Shown here: positions 53,713 to 64,000 of the stretch, piece by piece
Layout: each line of letters starts with the position of its first letter
Numbering within the stretch: the first letter of the stretch is position 1
Assembly: GCF_018350175.1 (NCBI RefSeq)
Contig: NC_058368.1
Span: forward strand, 145,392,001-145,456,000
Direction: 5' to 3'
DNA length: 64,000 nt
Source of the DNA: Felis catus
Lineage: Eukaryota
Made by a program: the position numbers and the translations under genes
The notes under the pieces: generated by a model
Databases searched by the model: none
What the model saw: the letters and a program-made list of their open reading frames with translations, nothing else
Told to the model about the DNA's origin: nothing

Positions 53713-55120
53713 AAAGAAACTTTGTTTCCAAGATTCCAAACAGGGAAATCAAATGTTGTTAACAGTACTCTGGTAGACATTGTTAGATTGTGGTCTTTTA
53801 GAGACTTAAATGGATTTTCCAGAATATAAACACACTGCCCACACTTGGCCTATCTATACATATTTTCAAGGCATAGTTTTGATTATTTATATCTGTGTCT
53901 GTATCTGTACCTATTCATTTTAGTTATAGTGAATAATTTTGGAAAGCATTTTGCTTCAACCTAGCGTTCATATGGTTCAAGGCATAGAAGGACAGGGTTG
54001 CGGGGAGCTCTTAGGGAGACAGTCCTCCACAGTGCCTAACTGATGCCCTTTCATGATATGTGTTAGATGGTGTACAGCTCAGCTCTGCTTCAGGAAAGCA
54101 ACTATTGGATCCCAGCTGTTTGGTCCTCCTGTTTCTTGGCTTCTAGGCCTTATCTCATGCTCAATTTGAAAACTTTTCATTTGAGGGATCCTAATTTGAT
54201 CCCCAGATGAAATCCTTAACTCATATGATAGGCGCTGTGTTGAACTGACTTGCGCCATGCCTTCTAAAGATCATGACTTGTTTTGCAGGGAGAAAGATTA
54301 AATTAAAATGGAGGAGTTGATTACTTTTGCCACTTTCCTTGTTTCTTCCCAACTCCTCCCAAAGAAAAAAGGACGGAGCTTTTCCACCACTTGTTTTTTC
54401 TAAAAGCTTGCACAAATAACTAACTCATCAGGCCTCAAGTTCTTTATCTGTAGACAAGGATAATAATATCTGTTATGTAAGGATTATGACAATTAAATTT
54501 AGTAAACATCTTCTGAGCTCTTTCTGTATCCTTGGTCTAGTAAATGGTAACATAATTTCTTTGTAAACCTTTTAGCACAGTATCTGGTACATGGAGATCA
54601 ACAAGTATGATTCCCTTTGCATTCTAAAATGAGGTCCTAATATAACAGGGACCCCATTGAGTCCATAGTCCCAGCCCTGATTCCATGAACCTCTCAGTTT
54701 ATCTATCGCATGCTGTGTTTAGGGGATTGGGATTGAGTCTTACATAAATGTGCCTGCCCCTTTCTTTTTCTTTTTCTACCACATATCTGTGGCTTGTTAA
54801 TAGGTCCATTCCTCAGCTTGTCTCTCTTGTCCTGCTTCCCTCCTAAAAGATTCATCTTTCTTTTAGACATCCATACTAAACTACAGTGCATGTATGTATG
54901 CCTGGGGTGGACTTCAATGACTCCCCAATTGCTTCTGCCTACAGGTTTTAGTTTGTTTTGTTTAAAGCTCAATGAGTGTTCATCACAAAGTGATGATACC
55001 TATGTATCCAATACCCAGATAAAGAAACAGAACACAGGACCCCCCTCTTGACACTTTCAGTCACTACTTGCTGTCTAATCGTTACACTAATCTGACTTCT
55101 ACACTAGACTCATTTTGCCT

Positions 55121-55262
55121 CTTTTGTTTGTTTGTTTGTTTGTTTGTTTGTTCTTCTAAGGATTTTATTTTTACATAGTCTCTACACCCAACATGGGACC
55201 TAAACTTACAACTCTGAGGTCATGAGTCTCATGCTTCACTGACTGAGACAGCCTGGTGCCCT
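55121..55262 (-). mobile_element. Short old SINEC (tRNA head) with (TTTG)n tail
   Basis: Antisense tRNA-like head ending gacagcctggtgccc. Confidence 0.75.
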
Positions 55263-55593
55263 TGTCTCTTTTTTCTTAACATTATATAAATATATCACAT
55301 AGTGCATATTGTATCTGTCTTATTTTGTTCAACAACATGTTTTTAGATAATACTAAAATATTTTCTATTGGTTTTGGATCTAACTTTGTACATTAACAAA
55401 ATATCAATATAAAAAATTAAATAAAAGTAACCTGTTTTGCTGTATAATATTCAGGAAACTGATTTAACATTTGATTTTGCAGTCAAACTAAATAGTGATG
55501 TAAATTGACCAGTTACTCTACTAGTTTTGGCTGCCATATTGAGATTAGCTAAAGGCAATAGAATAGAGTTACAATTTAAAACTAATAGTTTTT

Positions 55594-55700
55594 GGGATGC
55601 CTGGGTGGCTCAGTTGGTAGAGCATCCAACTCTTTGATCCCAGGGTTGTGAGTTCAAGCCCCACAACCTTGTGGCTTGGAGCCTACTTAAAAAAAAAAAA
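55594..55700 (+). mobile_element. Short old SINEC (tRNA head plus A-tail)
   Basis: gggatgcctgggtggctcagttggtagagc A-box, gagttcaagcc B-box, A-tail. Confidence 0.82.
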
Positions 55701-57788
55701 CAACAACTGATTTTTTTTCTTAAACACCATTATTTTCTTAAATTCACTTTTAAGCAAGAGTCTAAGGAAGTATACTTTTAGAGGCCTGCTGGTCTTAAAC
55801 GGGAGATAGAACTTAAGTTTTATCACTGAAGTTCAATGTGAAATTATAGTGAATCATCATTAATAAAATCTTTTGTTATTATTTTCCATAGGAAAAACAT
55901 TTAGGATATAAAGTTATATTTGTTTATATGTATTTTTATTTCAAAATATGTAGTATTTATTGATGTAGGTGTTATGAAATAAATGTGACATAACATGAGT
56001 TGATTGTTATCAGTTTATACTGCATCCATGGAGTCTAGAAGGGACTGAATTATTATGATGAACACCTTATAATATCAGTGTTTGATGTCACACACTTGCA
56101 CATAATGACATCAACACAGCTGGAGCCTGATAAATGGCCTTCGTTGACATTTTCTCTGCAGAAAATGTCAGTAATTTCGTTCAGGAATGAAATTTTCTCT
56201 ACAGAAATGTTCACAAGTTGTTCAGTAGTTTACTGCACTGCTATTGGCTAATAGGGTAAATGGATTACCATAAAGAATGAAAGAAGCGTAACGTTTATTG
56301 GATATTACTGTTTCCAGTTTACAACAAACCACATCATGTTTCCTCTGTTCATTCAACATTGAATATATATTATGTTAAATGAAAATGAATCACATATTCT
56401 GAATATTTTTCTTCTACACTTCAGAATGCTTTTTAAGATATTGTCTAACTGCCAGCTAATTTACAGCTCTGAAACCTTGTTGTATCATTTCTGAATAGAG
56501 CATTCAATAATTTAAAGTGAAATAAATCACCGTATGATGAATTGCTGATAAATCTTTTGGGTTGTAAGGGTTTCTTTGCTATAGCCTTATATGTAATTGT
56601 ACATTTTAGCAGGGATGCCCTCTGAACATTAGAGGACATATTCATGAGCTGAATTTCCAAAAACAAATCTAATGATTTGACAGCCCTGCTCAAAAGACAG
56701 CAGCTCAGCATTTTAGAACTTGCCATGCACTGGATGACAGAGTCACAGTGAGCCTGGGAATATCCTCTGTGCTCTGACCTTCTGCTTCTTCCTCTAGGCC
56801 TGGCTGCTGTTGTCCTGAGGCACTAACAGGATGGTACCCACTCACCAACCAGTCTCTTATCTCTGCAATCCCAGTGAGGGTGGGGGTAAATGTTGTGTAT
56901 CCCTGCACAAGAATGCTGTCAGTAGTACACTGTCATGGCTAAAACCCTTGTTCTTGTTCACATGGAGATTTCTTAAGGAAAAATAATTTCCAAGCTCTGT
57001 GGAATAGCTTAAAAATACTATTTTGACATTCTCATAGCTGATTTCAACAAAATGCTTACTGCCTAAATGTTATGAATGGAATAAATATTTTCATAAATTC
57101 ATTGAAAGTAAGTATAAGCAGATCAAAATATATTGACTATTTTTTTCTATTGGGCTTCTTCTGACTAGACTTTTAGTATTGCTGCTTTTAATATTAACTT
57201 CATTTCACTTTTATGGATAATCAAGAATGTGCATGAAACCTTAATTTCCAACACAGAAGGATAATTGCTCAGTGATCATTTACTTTCTTTAAAACATAAC
57301 TGAATATAAACTAGGATAGAAACTAAGAAAAAGAGCTATTTTTAAACATGGATGGCGTTGAAATGGTGTGTGAGATCAAATGGCATATGAAAAATGCACT
57401 CACCTTTTTTTTTTTTTTCTGCCTTATACCTGTAACTTAAAGTGGATCTAGGATCTAGTTCATTTGTTTAGTCACAGAATCACAAGTAGTATCTTTCTGG
57501 TCACTAGTAGTCTAACCCTTACTTGAAAGGTTGGGAAATGGAGCCTACCATGTTAAGTGGCTTGCTTTGTAACAGAGGTAGCTCCAGCATCGATGCGACT
57601 CAATTACATAAATCCACTGCTGTGTCCCTCACCTATGGTTTACTATTATCCTTTGTTCAACGACAAGGGTGAGGTCTCATTTAACATGTTTTAGATTAAA
57701 GAGATTTTATAGTAACCTTAAGCACAGGAAACACGAATTTATTAGAAAAGACACTAGCCTTTAGCAGAGATGTTTCTGCTAGTTTCAG

Positions 57789-57896
57789 GTTAATCTTTCT
57801 GGGACACCAGTTCTAAATCATTTTTTAAAACCGTTGACCGCCATAAGCCGTATCATAGCTCTTATGCCACGTATATGCCAAAACAACTGAACTGTG
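57789..57896 (+). other. Candidate 108-nt exon (stops in all three frames: UTR, poison or micro-ORF end)
   Basis: tttctgctagtttcag|G acceptor, GTG|GTATGT donor, and 4 CpGs within ~45 nt in CpG-poor surroundings. Confidence 0.4.
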
Positions 57897-58595
57897 GTAT
57901 GTGAATAAACATGCCTTGACCCCAACCTGATTTTCTTACCACTCTTTCTATGAGTAAGCAGAAGACCATTTAAAGTAAGAAAAGTGGAGGAAAATAGAGA
58001 AGTAACAAAGGGCAATTTGAGCAGTATGTGCACTACAGTATCCGTGGGACCCTTCTCCAACTTCATGTGATAGCGTGCAGTATAGAAAAGGTTCTTTCAG
58101 CAAGTGTTTAGAAAAGTATGTTCCAAAAGATCTGCATAACATTAGTGTAACCAAGTGTTCCTCTATGTGGCTTCCTGTTTTGGAATTAAATGCCTTCAGG
58201 GTACTCAGAATAACTCTGTTTAGAAACACAGGGAGAATTTAACCTTTTATGCTCCTCATCGGTTCTTAAAAACTATATATTAATTACTTTGTTTCTCAAT
58301 AGTTTCAGCTAAATTTGAAAATTGTTTATACATAAAGTAGGTTGTTTACTTAAAAAAGGTATGAACAGGAATTCTGGCAGTAATTATTACCACTCAAATC
58401 ATAAGATCGGTTTGGTCTCTTTTTAAACAATTTTCTTAGACCAACTTTTTGGCAGATAGGGTTATTTCCAAATGAACTCAATTAAAAATTTCAACTGTGG
58501 TTATTTGTAGGAGGTATATACTGGGAGCAGATGAGCTGAATCTGTGTTTACTTCTTTGTAGTGTTATTGTTCAACATTCTTAGCTTGCTGCAAAG

Positions 58596-58610
58596 CCAGC
58601 AGAGGGAGCA
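58596..58610 (+). promoter_or_regulatory. CTCF-like motif
   Basis: CCAGCAGAGGGAGCA closely matches the CCASYAGRKGGCRS core; an isolated GC-rich word in AT-rich unique DNA. Confidence 0.55.
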
Positions 58611-58799
58611 CCAAACAATCTTTTTGTTTAGCTTGAAGCTTTAATGATGTATTTTTAAATTTTTTTCATCATTTTCATTAAAAAAGATATGTACACCTAA
58701 TCATTTACTGATTATACATTTTCACTATATAATATAGTTTTAACTTTCTACGTGCTTCTAATTCTTTGAATTTAAAAGACTTAAAGGAGCCTTTTTTGT

Positions 58800-60400
58800 G
58801 CATTTCCATTCTACACACGTTCATTAAATGCATAATAAACTGTATTAGACTCGACAAGCAACGGAGTCAAAGGCGAATATGCCATAGTCTCGGTCCTTCA
58901 GGAATTTATAACCTAGTTGAAGAGAGAATTACAAAGATCTTTGTATTTACAAGGTTAAAAATATGGGCCACTTATCTTGATGAAGATCCGTGGAGATATT
59001 ATTGAGAAGGTGATATCTGAATTGGACCTTGAAGGAGAGGTTTCCTAAAATGGAAATTCTAGACTGGAGGGAACAGTATAAACGCAGGGTGTATTTGGGG
59101 AAAGGAAGTTATAGTGTTGTGTCTTGATAGAACATGGGTGATAGAGGGGGTGTACTGGGAGATAAGGTCAGAAAGCTACGGTGGGGTCAGATAAAGGAGC
59201 ACTGTGAAATCTATATAAAGAGTTTTGGTTTTATTCTTTTGGCAAAGGAGAACAAATTGCAGACCATTAAAAGGAAGCAAATGATGTTTTAATAAAATAA
59301 TCCTTCATTCAGGGTAAAAGGTTGCCTGGAGAACCGAGATTAAAATTGAACATTTTTGTGCAAGATCAGATGAGATATTATACCAGCTTAGATAATAATA
59401 ATGCTTTTCATGTGTTTGTATAGATATCATACATGTTTGTGTGTGTGCACATGTGTTTCTGTAGCCATCTATGTACATATGTGTGTGTGTATTCACACAC
59501 ATATAGTATATACAATACTACTGTTCCTAAGGTTGGAGATAACTTGATATTTCAGAGTTATCCTGTGATTTAAAGATTTGTGCTAAAAATATGTTAGTCA
59601 GTGTATACAAGGTCTCAAAGCAAATTCAGGGCAAAGCTTGTACTCAAACGCTATGTCTTTTGAGTCCAGACCTGGTAGTGTTTTCATCATAGGGTGCTGC
59701 TTTTGTTAGATGATGTCAGTGTGGGCAGGAAGGATGGAATGTGTGTGAGAGACATTATGGAGGTATAAAAGGAGTGGACACAGGACAAGGACGGGTTGAA
59801 AACAGCCGCCAGGTTCTCATTCTCTGTGACCAGGAAGCTGAATGTGTTGCCACTGCCCCCATTTGAGACTTAAGGGGAGACGCTGGTTGGCAATGGGATG
59901 AGAGATAGATGGGGGAGGGGTGGGTGGGTGAAAGGTAATTCAACCTCAGCGTGTCAAATTCTGGATGCTGGACAGCATCTTTGTCGAGATGTCTAGCACA
60001 AACTTCCCATTTTAGTTTTGGAGCTCAGAAGAGGAGCCAGACCTAGAGTTTGAGAGTGGATGCGATAATTCAGGGAAACTAGACTGAGAAGAGGAGTGAA
60101 GTGAGAGCCACCCTTGGGGGACGCCTCTGTGTAGGCGGGCAAGGAGAGAAAGAAGTGTGGGCAGAAGCCTGCAGAGACACTGACAGAGATCAGAGCAGTC
60201 AGGAGAATGCCCCATTCGTCACTTAACAATGTTTGTGTGGCTGCTGTGTGCAAGGCACTGTCCAGAATGTAAAGGAGGGTGTCTTTGCAGAGTCCACTGT
60301 TGCAGAAGATGGTTGAAGATGGGACTGAGCAGAGGTCACTGGGTTTGTTTACTCAGGCGATCAGGCTTCCTAAATATGCACAGAGCTTTAGTAGTGTCCT
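58800..60400 (-). mobile_element. L2 fragments (with MIR and simple-repeat pieces between)
   Basis: Purine-rich antisense L2 motifs (ggagctcagaagaggagccagacctagag; gagttttggttttattct). Confidence 0.55.
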
Positions 60401-60423
60401 AAAATACAAAGGATTAAAAAAAC

Positions 60424-60457
60424 TTTTTTTTTTTTTATTTGAGGCTAGGGAGGGGCC

Positions 60458-60505
<48 letters not shown>

Positions 60506-60632
60506 GAATCCCAAGCAGGCTCCATGTTCAGTGCTGAGCCCCATGCAGGGCTTGATCCCATGACCCTGGGATCATGACCTGAGCCCAAATCAAGAGTCCG
60601 AGGCTTAACTGACTGAGCCACCTAGGCACCCC
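60424..60632 (-). mobile_element. SINEC
   Basis: Antisense SINEC with (GA)n. Confidence 0.92.
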
Positions 60633-61636
60633 ATAAAGTGGACTTCTACCTCACAACTCTGTGTATAAGAAGTTAAAAAATCTGAGAGGTTCTTGGCTCA
60701 AATGTATGAACTATAATCTTGATATCCAGGTTTGTTGTTTGTGTATCAAACACAATTTTGTAGCTTCCAGAAGATTGTAATACCCTCGTAATCTTGCTTA
60801 TTTATCTTTATTTTATGTCTACTTTTAGTTTGATTTTTTATAACAGAGGAAAAAAATCACTGTTATCCTTGTATAATGATGTAAGTTCATTATAAAAAAT
60901 TAAAATACAAAGAAGAAATTCAAAAATCACCCCTCAGATACCCACCATAATACATTAGATAGCGAGAAATACAGTTTCCTCCCTCTCTGCTTCCTCGTCC
61001 TTCCCTCTTTCTTTCCTTTCCATTGATCTGTTGAATTCAAGTTTCATGTTGGGTATAGGCATTATTTAAAACTAAAATCTTAAAAAAAAAAGGGTAACCC
61101 ATTGATCTGTTGATCATACTATGTCTGTTACTGTAAATAAAAAGGATTCAATGTATTTTCACTTTAATTTATAAAAAGGAAAGGATACTAAAAGTACTTA
61201 AACAGTTGTTGAACTTCCAAATATGTACTTCACTGTAAGAGGTAGTATATATTTTGGAATATCTGTAAAGAGATTATGGATACATGAGGTTAGAGCCATG
61301 ATTTTAAGATGCAAATTTCTGTTTAGACTTTATATGTGATCTGTTTTGAAAGATGTGCATATATACTCTACCTTCCTGTCCTCTCCCTATTTTTGGTTGT
61401 TACACATTATTTTTACTTATTTGAGCTTTATAACATTTACATTCTGTTTTGTAATTAAGGTTTATAGTTGTTTAATTCTAGTTCTGTATTTAACTGGAAT
61501 ATAATTAACTAGAATTCAGTACTCACTATGATTTTTTTCCTTGACGTTTTAACCCTTGAATTTTACATTTGATTTATATTTTAGTTTCTGTTATTAGAAT
61601 TATTAAAAAAAATTTTAATAAAAAAATTTTTTTAGT

Positions 61637-63117
61637 CCAGACTTTAGCCTCTACTACCAAGCTGTAATCATCAAGACAGTATGGTATTGGCACAAAACCA
61701 GACACATAGACCAATGGAATAGAATAGAGAACCCAGAATCAGACCCACAAATGTATGATCTACTAATCTTTGAGAAAGCAGGAAAGAGTATCCAATGGAA
61801 TAAAGACAGTCTCTAGCAAATGATGCTGGGAGAACTGGACAGCAACATGCAGAAGAATGAAACTAGACCACTTTCTTACACCATACACAAAAATAAACTC
61901 AAAATGGATGAAAGACCTAAATGTGAGACAGGAAACCATTAAAACCCTAGAGGAGAAAACAGGCCACAACCTCTTTGACCTTAGCCACAGCAACTTCTTA
62001 CTTGACACATCTCTGAAGGCAAGGGAAATAAAAGCAAAAATGAACTATTGAGACCTCATCAAGATAAAAATCTTCTGCACTGCAAAGGAAACGATCAGCA
62101 AAACTAAAAGGCAACTGATGGAATGGGAGAAGATATTTGCAAATGACATATCAGATAAGGGGTTAGTATCCAAAATCTATAAAGAATTTACCAAACTCAA
62201 CACCCAAAAAGAAAATAATCTAATGAAGAAATGGGCAGAAGACATGAATTGACACTTTTCCAAAGAAGACATCCAGATGGCCAACAGATACATGAAAATA
62301 TACTCATGACTCATCATCAGGGGAATACAAATCAAAACCACAGTGAGATACCACACCACACAGGTCAGAATGGCTAAAATTTACAACTCAGGCAACAACA
62401 GATGTGGTAAAGATGTGGAGAAATGTACACCCACTTACACTGTTGGTGGGAATGCAAACTGGTGCAGCCACTCTGGAAAACAGTGTGGAGGTTCCTCAGA
62501 AAATTATAAATAAAAGTACCCTATGACCCAGCAATAGCATTACTAGAAATTTACCCAAGGTTATATAGGAGTGAGTGCTGATTCATAGGAGCACATGTAC
62601 CCTGATGTTTATAGCAGTGCTATGAACAATAGGCAAATTATGGAAAGAGCCCAAATGTCCACCAACTCATGAATGGATAAAGAGGATGTGGTTTATATAT
62701 ACAATGGAATACTACTTGGCAATGAGAAAGAATAAAATCTTGCCATTTGCAACAACTTGGATGGAAATGGAGGGTATTATGCTAAGAGAAATAAGTCAGA
62801 GAAAGATACCATGTTTTCATTCATGTGTGGAAGTTGAGAAACTTAACAGAAGACGATGTGAGAAAGGAAGGGGGAAAAGTAGTTTCAAACAGAGAGGGAG
62901 GCAAACCATTTAGAGACTCTTAAATACAGAGAACAAACTGAGGGTTGATGGGGAGGCTGAGAGAGGGGAAAATGGGTGATAGGTATTGAGGAGGGCACTT
63001 TTTGGGATGAGCACTGGGTGTTGTATGTAAGTGAGGAATCATGGGAATCTACTCCTGAAGCCAAGAGCACACTGTATACATTGTATGTTAGCTAACTTGA
63101 CAATAAATTATATTAAA
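61637..63117 (+). mobile_element. 5'-truncated carnivore L1 (ORF2 C-terminal part plus 3'UTR), degenerate
   Basis: Translation [34 protein letters not shown] is L1 ORF2p. Multiple stops; G-rich 3'UTR and aataaa near 63102. Confidence 0.93.
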
Positions 63118-63118
63118 A

Positions 63119-63310
63119 TTGTTTAAATATTTTATTTATTTTTGAAAGAGAGAGAGTGGGGCAGGGGCAGAGAGAGAGGGAGACAGAGAATCTCAAGCAG
63201 GCTCCATGCTGTCAGTGCATATCCTGACATGGGGCTCAAACCCATGAACTGTGAGATCATGACCTGAGCCAAAATCAAGACTTGGACGCTCAACCAACTG
63301 AGCCACCCCT
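63119..63310 (-). mobile_element. SINEC abutting the L1 tail
   Basis: Antisense SINEC starting in the AT-rich L1 3' end. Confidence 0.9.
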
Positions 63311-64000
63311 TTAAGCAGAATTCTTTATGAAGGTCTCAGTGGTGGCTGTTTCATGTTGAGAATGTCTTTTGTTGTATTTATCCTGTGTAGTCATCTTGGT
63401 TAGGCAGACTGCTCTTGGGACATAATTTCTTTTCTTCAGAACTCTGCGAACACTGGTCACTTGTCCTCTGTTGTTGAAAGTTGCTGTGGAGAAATCTGAT
63501 GCTAGCTTAATTGTTCTTGTTTTTGGACATGATTCTCATTGTTTCTTTTCTTCTCTTTTCTCTTTCCCTTAAAAAACATTTTTGTTATCTTCTATTCAGT
63601 GTTAATGTTATAAGCATGTGGAAAATAATTAAATTGAACCCTTTATATCACAGTATGCCTGAGAATAAAGCCCCAGATGGACTGAACAGTTACACAGTTT
63701 TTAAATGAACCCATATAACTAGTAGATGAAAACACTGGTGACACTGTAATTTTTCTAAGAATGGCCTCAAGATAGAAACCATGAAGAAATGATCTGTAGA
63801 TTTTCCTGCATCAAAAAGAGAAAACAAAACAAAACAAAAAACAATAGCAAAATATGAATAATGTTAAAGGAAAAATTGTAGCAGGTAAAATATTCACAAC
63901 AAATAATGGATGATAAATATTTGCTGTATGTGTATGTGTGTTTTGTTCAAGATAAAATCAACATAATAAAAGGTAAGCATGTAAAGGGTATGTAGAATAT

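Noticed and set aside
55594..55700. tRNA gene
   Set aside because: It has a SINEC-type 5' end, an A-tail and no intact acceptor stem, so it is a SINE head
57398..57435. Minus-strand donor AAG|GTGAGT
   Set aside because: The putative exon would be mostly a homopolymer run with a weak acceptor
61763..63070. L1 ORF2-like ORFs as an active retrotransposon
   Set aside because: 5'-truncated, with multiple stops and frameshifts; no ORF1 or promoter
1..64000. CRISPR arrays, operons, prokaryotic defence or mobile systems, or a named host gene
   Set aside because: The DNA is mammalian, with dispersed SINE repeats and no repeat-spacer periodicity. No exon matched a gene I could recognise, so I give no host symbol.

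Overview
This is AT-rich mammalian genomic DNA from a cat-family (felid) carnivore, judged from about 27 tRNA-derived Can-SINE (SINEC) copies, six of them near-identical young feline-type copies with intact CpGs. I found no intact, recognisable protein-coding gene. The only identifiable gene-derived sequence is a disabled BTF3 (NAC-beta) processed pseudogene at ~52776-53712 (+), with a premature stop, a frameshift, a poly(A) tail and a target-site duplication (TSD). The rest is mostly a repeat mosaic: L1 fragments of several ages, L2, CR1/L3, MIR, MaLR LTRs, hAT MITEs, one complete 728-bp ERV1-type solo LTR and microsatellites. The unique segments carry several + strand exon candidates, so the window is probably intron or 5'-UTR territory of a large gene that I cannot name. 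I see no convincing novel multi-gene system. The best leads are (i) two 108-nt candidate exons that would splice into a 63-aa micro-ORF, (ii) a cluster of three hairpins at ~56.1 kb, (iii) a divergent pair of CTCF-like motifs and (iv) abutting inverted SINEs that would form dsRNA. Repeat family names come from my recall of consensus sequences, not from a database search, and old-repeat boundaries are approximate.
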